From Kaistia sp. (lineage in GTDB: Bacteria > Pseudomonadota > Alphaproteobacteria > Rhizobiales > Kaistiaceae): a stretch of DNA of 64,000 nucleotides. Under the pieces are notes generated by a model. That model was not told where the DNA came from and made no database searches. It worked only from the letters and a program-made list of their open reading frames with translations. This document shows, in pieces, positions 31,525-41,184 of the stretch (positions are counted from its first letter, which is position 1; every line of letters begins with the position of its first letter). The stretch covers positions 629-64,628 of the forward strand of contig CAWZZK010000053.1 of assembly GCA_963966455.1 (NCBI GenBank). The letters are read 5' to 3'. Position numbers and translations under genes: made by a program.

Positions 31525-32343
31525 ATGGCCGAACCGGCGCGCGATACGCGCAAGGCCGCCGAGGACTGGGAGCGCCCCAACTGGCGCCCGGCCGAGGAAA
31601 GCCCGCCGCTGACCGTCGATGTCGACGGCTTCGAGGGGCCGCTCGACCTCCTGCTGGCGCTGGCGCGGACGCAGAAGGTCGATCTCGCCAAAATCTCGAT
31701 CCTGGCGCTCGCCGACCAGTATCTCGCCTATATCGAGGAACTCAGGAAGCTCCGCCTCGAACTCGCGGCCGATTATCTCGTGATGGCGGCCTGGCTCGCC
31801 TACCTCAAGTCGAAGCTGCTGCTGCCCGAGCCGCAGACCGGCGAGGAGCCGAGCGGCGCGGAACTCGCGCAGGCGCTCGCCTTCCGCCTGCAGCGGCTTG
31901 AGGCGATGCGCGACGCGGCGGCGCGGCTCGTCAACCGCGACCGGCTGGGGCGCGACGTGCATGCGCGCGGCGCTCCGGAAGCGGTGGAGGTCTCCCGGCG
32001 AACCCGCTGGAATGCCACGCTTTACGACCTTCTGACGGCTTACGCATCGCAGCGCCAGCGGCAGATGGTGTCGATCGTCCATGTGCGGCGGCGCCAGGTC
32101 TGGTCGCTGGCCGAGGGACGCGAACTGCTCGAACGCCTCATCGGCGAGATCGCCGAATGGACGCCGATGGAGGTGTTCCTCTCGCCCTATCTCGCCAATG
32201 CCGAGACACGGACGAGCGTCAGGGCCAGCGCCTTCGCGGCGGCCCTGGAACTGGTGCGCGAGAACAAGCTGACGATGCGCCAGGAAGGAAGCTTCGCGCC
32301 GATCCTGCTGCGCGACGCCGGTCTGGAGGACGGCGATGGTTGA
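31525..32343 (+). CDS. scpA: segregation and condensation protein A
   Basis: 272-aa ORF with FEGPLDLLLALARTQKVDLAKISILALADQY, a ScpA kleisin N-terminus. Confidence 0.93.
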   Translation: MAEPARDTRKAAEDWERPNWRPAEESPPLTVDVDGFEGPLDLLLALARTQKVDLAKISILALADQYLAYIEELRKLRLELAADYLVMAAWLAYLKSKLLLPEPQTGEEPSGAELAQALAFRLQRLEAMRDAAARLVNRDRLGRDVHARGAPEAVEVSRRTRWNATLYDLLTAYASQRQRQMVSIVHVRRRQVWSLAEGRELLERLIGEIAEWTPMEVFLSPYLANAETRTSVRASAFAAALELVRENKLTMRQEGSFAPILLRDAGLEDGDG

Positions 32344-33010
32344 GCCGGCCTCGATCACCTCGCTCGCGCCGGAGGCGCGGCGGATGGCGCTCCGGATGGC
32401 CGAGGCGATCCTCTTCGCGAGCGCCGAGCCGCTATCGGCGGCAGAGATCGGCGAGCGGCTGCCCGACGGCAGCGACGTGAAGGCTGTCCTGCGCGAATTG
32501 CAGCTCGCCTATTCCGGCCGCGGCGTCAATCTCGTGGAAGTGGCCGGCAAGTGGATGTTCCGCACCGCCGGCGACCTCGCCTTCCTCCTGCAGAGCGAGG
32601 CGGAGGAGCCGAAGAAATTGTCGCGGGCGGCGCTGGAGACGATGGCGATTATCGCCTATCACCAGCCCGTCACCCGCGCCGAGATCGAGGACATTCGCGG
32701 CGTCACGACATCCAAGGGAACGCTCGACGTGCTGCTCGAGACCGGCTGGGTGCGCATGCGCGGCCGCCGGCGCGTTCCCGGCCGGCCGATCACCTATGGC
32801 ACGACCGAGGCCTTCCTCGTCCATTTCGGCCTCGAGGCGGTGGGCGACCTGCCGGGCCTGGAGGAACTGCGCGGCGCGGGCTTGCTCGACGGCCGCATTC
32901 CGCCCGGCTTCACCGTTCCCGAGCCGCGCGGTTCGGCGGCGCTGACCGAGGACGAGGATCCGCTCGACCCCGCCGACCTGCTCCCCTCGGGCCTCGCCGA
33001 GGAAGGCTGA
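32336..33010 (+). CDS. scpB: segregation and condensation protein B
   Basis: 224-aa ORF that overlaps the scpA end. It has EAILFASAEPLS and LETMAIIAYHQPVTRAEIEDIRGV. Confidence 0.93.
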   Translation: MVEPASITSLAPEARRMALRMAEAILFASAEPLSAAEIGERLPDGSDVKAVLRELQLAYSGRGVNLVEVAGKWMFRTAGDLAFLLQSEAEEPKKLSRAALETMAIIAYHQPVTRAEIEDIRGVTTSKGTLDVLLETGWVRMRGRRRVPGRPITYGTTEAFLVHFGLEAVGDLPGLEELRGAGLLDGRIPPGFTVPEPRGSAALTEDEDPLDPADLLPSGLAEEG

Positions 33011-33067
33011 GACGCTGCCGCCCGCAAAAGCATCGACCGGCGCGGCGCTTCGGGCTAAACGGCTGCC

Positions 33068-34195
33068 ATGAACACGACGACCGGCACGACCACGGGTACC
33101 ACGCAGACGCTCGAACGGACGGCCTGGGGACGGCGCGGCACCGCTGGCGTTGCCATCGCCTCCCGGCTCGGCTTCGAAGGCATCACGCATCACTATGGCG
33201 GCGAGGCCTCGCTGCGCGGCATCGACCTCGTCGTAGAGCCGGGGGAGGTCGTGAGCCTTCTCGGGCGGTCGGGCTGCGGCAAGACGACCCTCCTTCGCGT
33301 CACGGCCGGGCTCGAGGCGCCGACCGGCGGCCGACTTACGGTCAATGGTCGCGAGATCGCCGGCCCGAAGGTGCAGATGCCGCCGGAAAAGCGCGGCATC
33401 GGCCTCATGTTCCAGGATTATGCGCTCTTTCCGCATATGACGATCCTGAAGAATGTCATCTACGGCCTCGCGTCGCTGCCGCGCGCCGAGGCGGAGCGGC
33501 AGGGCCATCTCGCGCTGGCGCGAGTCGGGCTCGACGGATTCGCCGCTTCCTATCCCCATGAACTTTCGGGCGGCGAGCAGCAGCGCGTCGCGCTCGCCCG
33601 CGCCATCGCGCCGCGGCCGGGCGTCCTCCTCATGGACGAGCCGTTTTCCGGCCTCGACAAGCGGCTGCGCGACCATGTGCGCGACGAGACGCTCGCCATC
33701 ATCCGCGAGACCCGCGCGACCTGCATCGTCGTTACGCATGATCCCGAGGAGGCGATGCGGATGAGTGACCGCATCGCGCTGATGCGCGCCGGCCGCCTGC
33801 TGCAGGTCGGCACGGCGCGCGATCTCTACGAGCGGCCGGTCGATCTCTACGCAGCCCGATTCTTCTCGGAAATGAACGAGTTCGAGGGCGTCGTGCGCGG
33901 CGGCAGGGTCGAGACGCCGGCCGGAACGGTCGCGGCGCCCGGCCGTGCCGACGGCACTGAGGTGACGGTCGGCATCCGCCCGCAGGGCGTCCGTCCGGGC
34001 GCGGAGGGCGTTCCGGGACGGGTCGTCGGCCACCGTTTCCTCGGCGAGGTCGATCTCTACGACGTCGCGGTCGGCGGCAGCGAGACGCCGGTCAAGGTCC
34101 GCAGCCGCGGCCCGTTGCAGTTCAGGCCCGGCGACACGGTTTTCCTGTCGCTCGAGGAGCGCGACGTTCTCGTGTTTGATAAGGCCTCACAATAG
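33068..34195 (+). CDS. ABC transporter ATP-binding protein, importer (PotA/FbpC-like, C-terminal TOBE-like region), orphan
   Basis: 375-aa ORF with Walker A GRSGCGKTT, signature LSGGEQQRVALARA and Walker B LLMDEPFS. There is no adjacent permease or binding-protein gene. Confidence 0.9.
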   Translation: MNTTTGTTTGTTQTLERTAWGRRGTAGVAIASRLGFEGITHHYGGEASLRGIDLVVEPGEVVSLLGRSGCGKTTLLRVTAGLEAPTGGRLTVNGREIAGPKVQMPPEKRGIGLMFQDYALFPHMTILKNVIYGLASLPRAEAERQGHLALARVGLDGFAASYPHELSGGEQQRVALARAIAPRPGVLLMDEPFSGLDKRLRDHVRDETLAIIRETRATCIVVTHDPEEAMRMSDRIALMRAGRLLQVGTARDLYERPVDLYAARFFSEMNEFEGVVRGGRVETPAGTVAAPGRADGTEVTVGIRPQGVRPGAEGVPGRVVGHRFLGEVDLYDVAVGGSETPVKVRSRGPLQFRPGDTVFLSLEERDVLVFDKASQ

Positions 34196-34295
34196 CCCTA
34201 CATGCGGGTTAGCGTTCGGGTCATGTTGCGGCGGAGAAACCTGTCTGCGATAGTCCCGGCAGGCCGCGCCGCAGGAGGCGCATCGGAGAGGTTAC

Positions 34296-34526
34296 ATGGG
34301 TTCGTTTAGCATCTGGCACTGGCTGATCGTGCTGGTGATCGTGCTGCTGCTGTTCGGCAAGGGCAAGATTTCCGACGTCATGGGTGATGTCGCCAAGGGC
34401 GTGAAGAGCTTCAAGAAGGGTCTCTCCGACGAGGACGAGACGGCTTCGCGTCCGGCGAGCAGCATCGATCACAAGTCGGCCGACGTGGTTACGCCGACGA
34501 CCGACGAGAAGACGCGCACCAGCTAA
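34296..34526 (+). CDS. tatA: twin-arginine translocase subunit TatA
   Basis: 76-aa ORF starting [24 protein letters not shown]. Confidence 0.95.
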   Translation: MGSFSIWHWLIVLVIVLLLFGKGKISDVMGDVAKGVKSFKKGLSDEDETASRPASSIDHKSADVVTPTTDEKTRTS

Positions 34527-34607
34527 CCTCCGCGGAGGTCGCATCCATGCGGGAGCCGCCGCGTCGGTGACGGGGCGCCTTCCGCCGTGTCGGCAGGCTT
34601 GCAATCG

Positions 34608-35531
34608 ATGTTCGATATTGGCTGGAGCGAGATCCTGGTCATCGCCGTCGTGGCGATCGTGGTCGTCGGTCCCAAGGATCTCCCGCCGATGCTGCGCGCG
34701 GCGGGCCGGATGATGGCGAAGGTGCGCCGCACCGCGGGCGAGTTCCAGTCGCAGTTCAACGAGGCCCTGCGTGAGGCCGAGCTGGACGGGGTCAAGGACT
34801 CGATCAACGAACTCCGCGGCCTCAATCCGATCAACGAGATCAGGAAGAGCCTCGATCCGGTCACGGCCGCGCTCGCCAAGCCCGAGCCGGCAGCGCGTCC
34901 GGCAGCCGAGCCGGCTCCTCCGCCCGCGACCCAGCTCGCACAGCCGATGTCGGACGACGATCTGATGCCGGCGGCCGATCCGATGCCCGTCGACCGCGCA
35001 CCGCTTCCGGCCGCTGCGAAGGTCGCTCCGGTGCCAGAAACGGCGGCTCCTGCGGCGTCCAAGGCCGCGGAAGCGCCCGCCGAGACTCCGAAGCCGGCGC
35101 GCAAGCGCGCTTCGCCCAAGCCGGCGAGCGATCAGCCGGCGGCCGAGCAGCCTGTCGCCGATGTCGTCGACGCGGCCGCGGCCGCTCCGAAGCCGCGCGC
35201 GAGCCGGGCGAAGAAGCCCGCTGCCGATGCGGCAAACGCCGTCGCCGGCGCTACGGGCGAGGCAACGCCCAAGCCGCGCAAGGCTGCGGCGCCGCGGGTC
35301 CGCAAGACCGCCGCCGAGGGCGTTGTCGCAGTCGCCGCCTCGGCGCCCGCTATCGCAGCGCCGGATCCGTCCGCGCCCGAATTGCCTTTGACGACCGCCG
35401 CGCTGGCGCCTCCGGCTCCGGTTCAGGCCCTGCCGAAACCGGCCGCTCCGACTGGCCTCCTCTCCAGCGAGCCCGCGGTGGTCGAGCCGGCCCCTGCCGC
35501 CCTTCCGCAGGCCGAAGAGCGTAGCCAATGA
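34608..35531 (+). CDS. tatB: twin-arginine translocase subunit TatB (long Ala/Pro-rich tail)
   Basis: I chose ATG 34608 (GTG 34587 is an alternative). The product starts MFDIGWSEILVIAVVAIVVVGPKDLP. Confidence 0.92.
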   Translation: MFDIGWSEILVIAVVAIVVVGPKDLPPMLRAAGRMMAKVRRTAGEFQSQFNEALREAELDGVKDSINELRGLNPINEIRKSLDPVTAALAKPEPAARPAAEPAPPPATQLAQPMSDDDLMPAADPMPVDRAPLPAAAKVAPVPETAAPAASKAAEAPAETPKPARKRASPKPASDQPAAEQPVADVVDAAAAAPKPRASRAKKPAADAANAVAGATGEATPKPRKAAAPRVRKTAAEGVVAVAASAPAIAAPDPSAPELPLTTAALAPPAPVQALPKPAAPTGLLSSEPAVVEPAPAALPQAEERSQ

Positions 35532-36346
35532 CCGAGAAGACCACCCCGGAAGACGAGATCGAAGCGAGCCGCATGCCGCTGATCGATCATCTGATCGAGC
35601 TCAGGCAGCGGCTGATGTGGGCGATCGGCGCCATCCTCGTCGCCTTCCTGGTCTGCTTCTATTTCGCCGGCACGATCTACAACATCCTCGTCATCCCCTA
35701 TGAATGGGCGGTGGGACCGGCGCAGGACGTGAAGCTCATCTACACGGCGCCGCAGGAATATTTCCTGACCCAGATGAAGCTGGCACTGTTCGGTGCGGTT
35801 TTCATCGCCTTTCCCGTCATCGCCATGCAGATCTACAAGTTCGCGGCGCCGGGCCTCTACAAGCATGAGCGGAACGCCTTCATTCCCTATCTGATCGCGA
35901 CGCCGGTGCTGTTCTGCATCGGCGCGGCGCTGGTCTATTTTCTGATCCTGCCGCTGGCGCTGCACTTCTTCCTGTCGTTCCAGCAGACGGGCGGCGAGGG
36001 GAAGGCCTCGATCGAGGCGCTGTTCAAGGTCAACGAGTATCTCGGCCTGATCATGACGCTGATCCTGGCCTTCGGAACGGTGTTCCAGCTGCCGGTGATT
36101 CTGACCTTGCTCGGGCGGGCAGGGATCATCACCAGCGAGATGCTGAAGACGAAGCGCCGCTATGCGATCGTCATCGCCTTCGTGATCGCGGCGGTGCTGA
36201 CGCCGCCGGACATGATCAGCCAGATCTCGCTCGCTGTCCCGGCGATCCTGCTCTACGAGATATCGATCGTCTCGGTCCGCATGGTCGAGAAGAAGCGCCG
36301 CGAAGCCGCCGCCGCCGAAGCCGCCAAGGAAGCCGCGGAGGGCTGA
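35528..36346 (+). CDS. tatC: twin-arginine translocase subunit TatC
   Basis: 272-aa polytopic ORF with MPLIDHLIELRQRL, a TatC N-terminus. It overlaps the tatB stop. Confidence 0.96.
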   Translation: MTEKTTPEDEIEASRMPLIDHLIELRQRLMWAIGAILVAFLVCFYFAGTIYNILVIPYEWAVGPAQDVKLIYTAPQEYFLTQMKLALFGAVFIAFPVIAMQIYKFAAPGLYKHERNAFIPYLIATPVLFCIGAALVYFLILPLALHFFLSFQQTGGEGKASIEALFKVNEYLGLIMTLILAFGTVFQLPVILTLLGRAGIITSEMLKTKRRYAIVIAFVIAAVLTPPDMISQISLAVPAILLYEISIVSVRMVEKKRREAAAAEAAKEAAEG

Positions 36347-36430
36347 TTCTCGCTCCCGCAGCACAAGTGGCGGGAGATCGCCCGCTGCGGCCGCTGAATG
36401 CGGGCGACGCAACACCTGCGAGGAGCAGCC

Positions 36431-36679
36431 ATGACGACCGATCGATCACGCCGTCCGAAAGATCCCTTTGCCGCCGCCGAAGCGATGTTCGCCAAGAAGC
36501 GGCAGCCGGATATCAAGCCGAGCGCGCTTCCCACGGCCAAGGAACTCGTGTCGATCCGGGTCGACAGCGACGTCGTCGAGCACTTCCAGGCTGGCGGTCC
36601 GGGCTGGCAGGAGCGGATGAGCGAAGCGCTGCGCGCCGCGGCGATCGCCGACGGGATGGCGCCCGCGCCCGAGGCTTGA
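36431..36679 (+). CDS. BrnA-like antitoxin family protein (no cognate toxin gene visible)
   Basis: ATG 36431 is preceded by AGGAG. The C-terminal block ELVSIRVDSDVVEHFQAGGPGWQERMSEALRAAA matches the BrnA/DUF4415-type pattern (TIRLD.DVL.WFK..G.GYQTRIN..LR) as I recall it. Confidence 0.7.
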   Translation: MTTDRSRRPKDPFAAAEAMFAKKRQPDIKPSALPTAKELVSIRVDSDVVEHFQAGGPGWQERMSEALRAAAIADGMAPAPEA

Positions 36680-36744
36680 GGCTCGCATCCCCTCCGACGC
36701 GCCTGCCTTGAACTCGCGGGCTTTGCGGGGTACTCGGGCAGGTC

Positions 36745-39000
36745 ATGGGTAAAGTGCTGATTCCGCCCGGGGGCGGCGACATCGAGGGCATCAATCTGCG
36801 CGAGGCGCTCGAGCAGCGCTACCTCGCCTATGCGCTCTCGACCATCATGCACCGCGCGCTCCCCGATGCGCGCGACGGCCTGAAGCCGGTGCATCGGCGC
36901 ATCCTCTATGCCATGCGCCAGCTTCGGCTCGATCCGGATGCCGGCTTCAAGAAGTCGGCCCGCGTCGTCGGCGATGTCATCGGCAAATATCATCCGCATG
37001 GCGACCAGTCGGTCTATGACGCGCTGGTGCGCCTCGCGCAGGACTTCGCCGTCCGCTTCCCGCTGGTCGACGGCCAGGGCAATTTCGGCAATGTCGACGG
37101 CGATAGCGCCGCGGCGATGCGCTACACCGAAACGCGGATGACCGAGGTCGCGGCCCTCCTTCTGGAGGGCATCGACGAGAACGCCGTCGATTTCCGCGAG
37201 ACCTATGACGGCGAGGACCGTGAGCCGATCGTCCTGCCGGGCAATTTCCCGAACCTTTTGGCCAACGGGTCGTCGGGGATCGCGGTCGGCATGGCGACGT
37301 CAATCCCGCCGCATAATGTCGCCGAGCTCTGCGATGCCGCGCTGATGCTGATCGAGAAGCCCGATGCCGGCATCGAGGAGCTTCTCCAGCATGTGAAAGG
37401 GCCGGATTTCCCGACCGGCGGCATCATCGTCGATGGCCCTTCCTCGATCGCCGACGCCTATCGGACCGGCCGCGGCGGGTTCCGCGCGCGCGCGCGCTGG
37501 CATGTCGAGGACCAGGGCCGCGGCACCTATCTCATCGTCGTAACCGAGATTCCCTATCAGGTGCAGAAGTCGCGCCTGATCGAGAAGCTGGCGGAGCTCG
37601 TCCAGAACAAGCGCGTCCCGCTCCTCGTCGATATCCGCGACGAATCCGCCGAGGACATCCGCGTCGTGCTCGAGCCGCGCGCCCGCACGGTCGATGCCGC
37701 GCTGCTGATGGAATCGCTGTTCAAGCTCAGCGATCTCGAGAGCCGCATCCCGCTCAACATGAATGTCCTCTCGAAGGGCATCGTCCCGAAGGTGATGAGC
37801 CTTTCGGAAGTGCTGCGTGAGTGGCTCGACCACCGCCGCGAGGTGCTGCTGCGGCGCTCGGCTTTCCGGGCCGACCAGATTCGCAAGCGCCTCGAAGTGC
37901 TCGGCGGCTATATCATCGCCTTCCTCAATCTCGACGAGGTGATCCGTATCATCCGCGAGGAGGACGAGCCCAAGGCCGAGCTGATGCGGACCTTCGAGCT
38001 CACTGACGTGCAGGCCGAGGCGATCCTCAACATGCGCCTGCGCTCGCTCCGGAAGCTCGAGGAGATGGAGCTTCGCCGCGAGCATGCCGGCCTCACCAAG
38101 GAACTGGCGGATATCGAGGCGCTGATGGCGTCCGAGCGCAAGCAGTGGAAGACGATCGCCTGGCAGATCGGCGAGATCCGCAAGACCTTCGGCCCCGAGA
38201 CCCCGCTCGGCAAGCGGCGCACGACCTTCGCCGACGCGCCGGCCCATGATGTCGAGGACATCCAGCAGGCGATGATCGAGCGCGAGCCGATCACCGTCGT
38301 CGTCTCGGAAAAGGGCTGGATCCGGGCGCTCAAGGGCCATGTCGCCGATCTGGCGACGCTGACCTTCAAGACCGATGATGCGCTTCGCTTCGCGCTGCAT
38401 GCCGAGACGACGGACAAGATCCTCGTCTTCTCGACGGGCGGGCGATTCTACACGCTCGGCGCCGACAAGCTCCCCGGCGGCCGCGGCCATGGCGAGCCGA
38501 TCCGCCTGATGGTCGACATGGACAACGAGCAGGACATCGTCTCGGTCTTCGTCCACAAGCCGGAGCGCAAGCTCCTCGTCGCCTCGACGGAAGGCTACGG
38601 CTTCGTCGTCGCCGAGACGGATGTCATCGCCAATACCCGCAAGGGCAAGCAGGTCTTGAATGTCGAGGGAACGGTCGAGGCCGGCTTCTGCGTCGATGCC
38701 GGCGGCGACATGGTGGCGATCATCGGCCGCAACCGCAAGTTCCTGGCCTTCCCCATGGAGCAGATTCCCGAGATGGGCCGCGGCAAGGGCGTGCGGCTGC
38801 AGCGCTATCGCGACGGCGGCCCGTCCGATATCCGCAGCTTCTCGCGCGAGAAGGGGCTCACTTGGCAGGACTCCTCGGGCCGCTCCTATACGCGCAGCAT
38901 GGAAGAGCTGAAGGACTTCGTTGCCGACCGCGGCCAGGCCGGCCGCCTGCCGCCCGACCGTTTCCCGAAGACGAACACCTTCGGGACGCCGGCTCTCTGA
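36745..39000 (+). CDS. parC: DNA topoisomerase IV subunit A
   Basis: 751-aa ORF with [33 protein letters not shown] and the active-site region AAMRYTE. The length fits ParC rather than GyrA. Confidence 0.94.
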   Translation: MGKVLIPPGGGDIEGINLREALEQRYLAYALSTIMHRALPDARDGLKPVHRRILYAMRQLRLDPDAGFKKSARVVGDVIGKYHPHGDQSVYDALVRLAQDFAVRFPLVDGQGNFGNVDGDSAAAMRYTETRMTEVAALLLEGIDENAVDFRETYDGEDREPIVLPGNFPNLLANGSSGIAVGMATSIPPHNVAELCDAALMLIEKPDAGIEELLQHVKGPDFPTGGIIVDGPSSIADAYRTGRGGFRARARWHVEDQGRGTYLIVVTEIPYQVQKSRLIEKLAELVQNKRVPLLVDIRDESAEDIRVVLEPRARTVDAALLMESLFKLSDLESRIPLNMNVLSKGIVPKVMSLSEVLREWLDHRREVLLRRSAFRADQIRKRLEVLGGYIIAFLNLDEVIRIIREEDEPKAELMRTFELTDVQAEAILNMRLRSLRKLEEMELRREHAGLTKELADIEALMASERKQWKTIAWQIGEIRKTFGPETPLGKRRTTFADAPAHDVEDIQQAMIEREPITVVVSEKGWIRALKGHVADLATLTFKTDDALRFALHAETTDKILVFSTGGRFYTLGADKLPGGRGHGEPIRLMVDMDNEQDIVSVFVHKPERKLLVASTEGYGFVVAETDVIANTRKGKQVLNVEGTVEAGFCVDAGGDMVAIIGRNRKFLAFPMEQIPEMGRGKGVRLQRYRDGGPSDIRSFSREKGLTWQDSSGRSYTRSMEELKDFVADRGQAGRLPPDRFPKTNTFGTPAL

Positions 39001-41181
39001 ATGAGCGCGACCTCCGAAGACAGAGTGCCGTCGCCATCACCAGGGCACGACAAGGGCTTGGGAAGCCTGCTGCGCCGGGCGCTGTCGGAAGGCGGCATCC
39101 GCCTCGGCCTCCGCCGTCCGCCGCGCTTCGCGCTCTACCGCATCCTCGGCAACGACCTGCCGCCGCGCCATAGCGCCGGGCAGACGCTGACCAATGTCCG
39201 CTTCATCCTCGACAATGAGCCGGCGTTCGCGAATTGCACGAAGCACTGGGTGCTGAACCGGATCACAGATGCCGCGGTCGAGGCGGATCTCGTCGCATTG
39301 CTCACCGAGCGCGGGCAGGACTTCTTCCGCATCCCCTTCGAGCCGGACGCCTATGCCGCCTGCGGCTGGGATGTCGAGGCACTCTTGGATGAGGATTTCC
39401 TTGCCGCGATCGGCGAGGACGAGGGCGAGCACAACTGGCGTATCGCCTATCGCATGCGGCTCGCCAAGAACCTCTACGCCATGAACAACAACGGCGCCCG
39501 CAACGCGGCGTTCGATCATGGCCGGGCGATTGCCGATGTGGTGCTTCCTTTCGACGGCAACATCTTCCTGACAGAGGAGGCGTTTGCCGGACTGGCCGAG
39601 GCGGTTCGCCATGATCCGCGGCTGCGCTATCTCATCGTGCCCATGGCCCGCATCGGCGACCAGCCCGAGCAGCTCCTGACGGAGGGAATCCCACGTGACG
39701 CGACCGAGGAGCCGCAGATCGCGTTGCACCGGCTGGCGCTCGGCCGCTTCGACGATCGCCTCGGCTATGGCCTCCGGCCCAAGGTTGATCTCCTCACCCG
39801 CCTGAATGTCGACCATCCGACCGTGATGGGGCCGCTGGACCGCTGGGACCTCACGGCTCTGCCCTCGCCGGAGGATCATGCCCGACACCGGATCGTCAGC
39901 CGCGTCGCGAGGCTTCCCTCCGGGACTCCAGGTCTGGAGGTCGGTGATGCGGCCCGTGTCGACCGCTGGCGGGCGCGCAATGCCGGGATCATCGACAAGC
40001 TCGACGGTCTCGACCGCGCGCTGATCGCTGAGCGCTACGATGGCGGGCCGGTGATCTTCGACATGGCCGTGCTCGAACGCCTCTCCGCGGCGGCGCCGGG
40101 CACCGCCGCCGCCGCGCTCAGGGCTCGAATCCTCGCCTCGGCGGAAGAGGCGGTGCTGCGCGGGACGATGTCGGTCCTGGACAAGACCGCCGTGGCCGCG
40201 AGCGGCGATCCGCATGACTACCATTCGCGCGCGCCGTATTTCTGGCCCGATCCGGGCCGGGATGGCGGCTTTCCCTATGTTCGCCGCGACGGCGAACGGG
40301 TCGCGGAGGCGCGGCTCGGCCATCCCGCGGCCGAGGCCTTCGATCGCGATCGCCTGCGCCACATGTTTGCGGGCGCGGTCAGCGGCGCGCTCGCTGGCGC
40401 GGTGACGGGCCTCGCCCTCTATTCCCATTTCGCGGCCGCTTGCGTACGGCGGTGGTTTCTCGATCCGGTCACCGCGATGAACCCGCATTTCGCCTATGCG
40501 CAGGTGCGCCCCGGCCATGACGGCGACCGCGGCCAAGGGTCCGGCCTCATCGAGTGGCGGCGCGTCGGCGCCCTCCTCGACGCCATCCGCCTGCTCGAAC
40601 GGTCAGGCCATCTTTCGGCTGGCGAGATCGAGGCACTGCGGACCTGGTTCAGCGCTTTCGCCGCATGGATGAGATCGAGCCCCGAGGGGAAGGCCGCGCG
40701 GGTCTCGCACAATAATATCGGCACCTATTACGATACCGAGATGCTGGCCATGTCGCTGTTCACCGGCGATTTCGGGGAGGTCAGCCGCTGCTTCCGCCGT
40801 CTCTCGGTGCGCGCGAAGATGCAGTTCGCCGATGGTGGCGGGCAGCCCGCGGAAGAGGCGCGGACGCTGCCCGTTCATTACGCCATCTTCAACCTCCTGG
40901 GCTGGGCGGAGGCGGACACCGTCGCGCGGCGGCTGAGGCTCGAGTCGCAGCTGGCGTGCCGCGCCAAAAGGCGGGCGGCCATCGATGCCGCGCTCGCCGC
41001 GGCGCAGTCGGAGGATGCGGCCGTGGACCCCGGCCTCGTCCGGGTCCTCTCGGTGCTGCGGCAGGTCGATCGCGGTAACCCGATCGCCGGGCCAGCGGAC
41101 ACCCTCGTTGCTTCCGAGGACTACACGGATTTCTGGGCGCTGAGCGATGCCAGGATTCTCGCCGCCGCCGAGCGCGGATAG
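39001..41181 (+). CDS. 726-aa fusion protein: N-terminal GT-A-like region plus C-terminal alginate-lyase (PL5/PF05426)-like domain, with no signal peptide
   Basis: ATG 39001 directly follows the parC TGA. N-terminal half: YRILGNDLPPRH and NNNGARNAAFDHGRAIADVVLPFDGN. C-terminal half: DPHDYHSRAPYFWPDP..FPYVRRDGE, RRWFLDPVTAMNPHFAYAQ, HNNIGTYYDTEMLAMSLF and DGGGQPAEEARTLPVHY. Confidence 0.75.
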   Translation: MSATSEDRVPSPSPGHDKGLGSLLRRALSEGGIRLGLRRPPRFALYRILGNDLPPRHSAGQTLTNVRFILDNEPAFANCTKHWVLNRITDAAVEADLVALLTERGQDFFRIPFEPDAYAACGWDVEALLDEDFLAAIGEDEGEHNWRIAYRMRLAKNLYAMNNNGARNAAFDHGRAIADVVLPFDGNIFLTEEAFAGLAEAVRHDPRLRYLIVPMARIGDQPEQLLTEGIPRDATEEPQIALHRLALGRFDDRLGYGLRPKVDLLTRLNVDHPTVMGPLDRWDLTALPSPEDHARHRIVSRVARLPSGTPGLEVGDAARVDRWRARNAGIIDKLDGLDRALIAERYDGGPVIFDMAVLERLSAAAPGTAAAALRARILASAEEAVLRGTMSVLDKTAVAASGDPHDYHSRAPYFWPDPGRDGGFPYVRRDGERVAEARLGHPAAEAFDRDRLRHMFAGAVSGALAGAVTGLALYSHFAAACVRRWFLDPVTAMNPHFAYAQVRPGHDGDRGQGSGLIEWRRVGALLDAIRLLERSGHLSAGEIEALRTWFSAFAAWMRSSPEGKAARVSHNNIGTYYDTEMLAMSLFTGDFGEVSRCFRRLSVRAKMQFADGGGQPAEEARTLPVHYAIFNLLGWAEADTVARRLRLESQLACRAKRRAAIDAALAAAQSEDAAVDPGLVRVLSVLRQVDRGNPIAGPADTLVASEDYTDFWALSDARILAAAERG

Positions 41182-41184
41182 CCT

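Noticed and set aside
28533-31691. 1052-aa ORF on the minus strand, antisense to the SPOR protein, nagZ and the scpA start.
   Set aside because: It has the same artefact signature: an Arg-rich translation, no domain motifs, and overlap with three well-supported sense genes.
33068-33112. Thr-rich opening MNTTTGTTTGTTQT as a threonine-attenuator leader peptide.
   Set aside because: It is in frame and continuous with the ABC ATPase. No stop codon or terminator/antiterminator structure follows it, and no alternative downstream start exists before the Walker A region.
29000-35500. Pro/Ala-rich tracts in the SPOR protein, TatB tail and the 14719..15732 protein, considered as tandem DNA repeats or a shared mobile module.
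   Set aside because: They are compositionally biased linkers without exact nucleotide periodicity. This is common in high-GC genomes and is not a repeat element.
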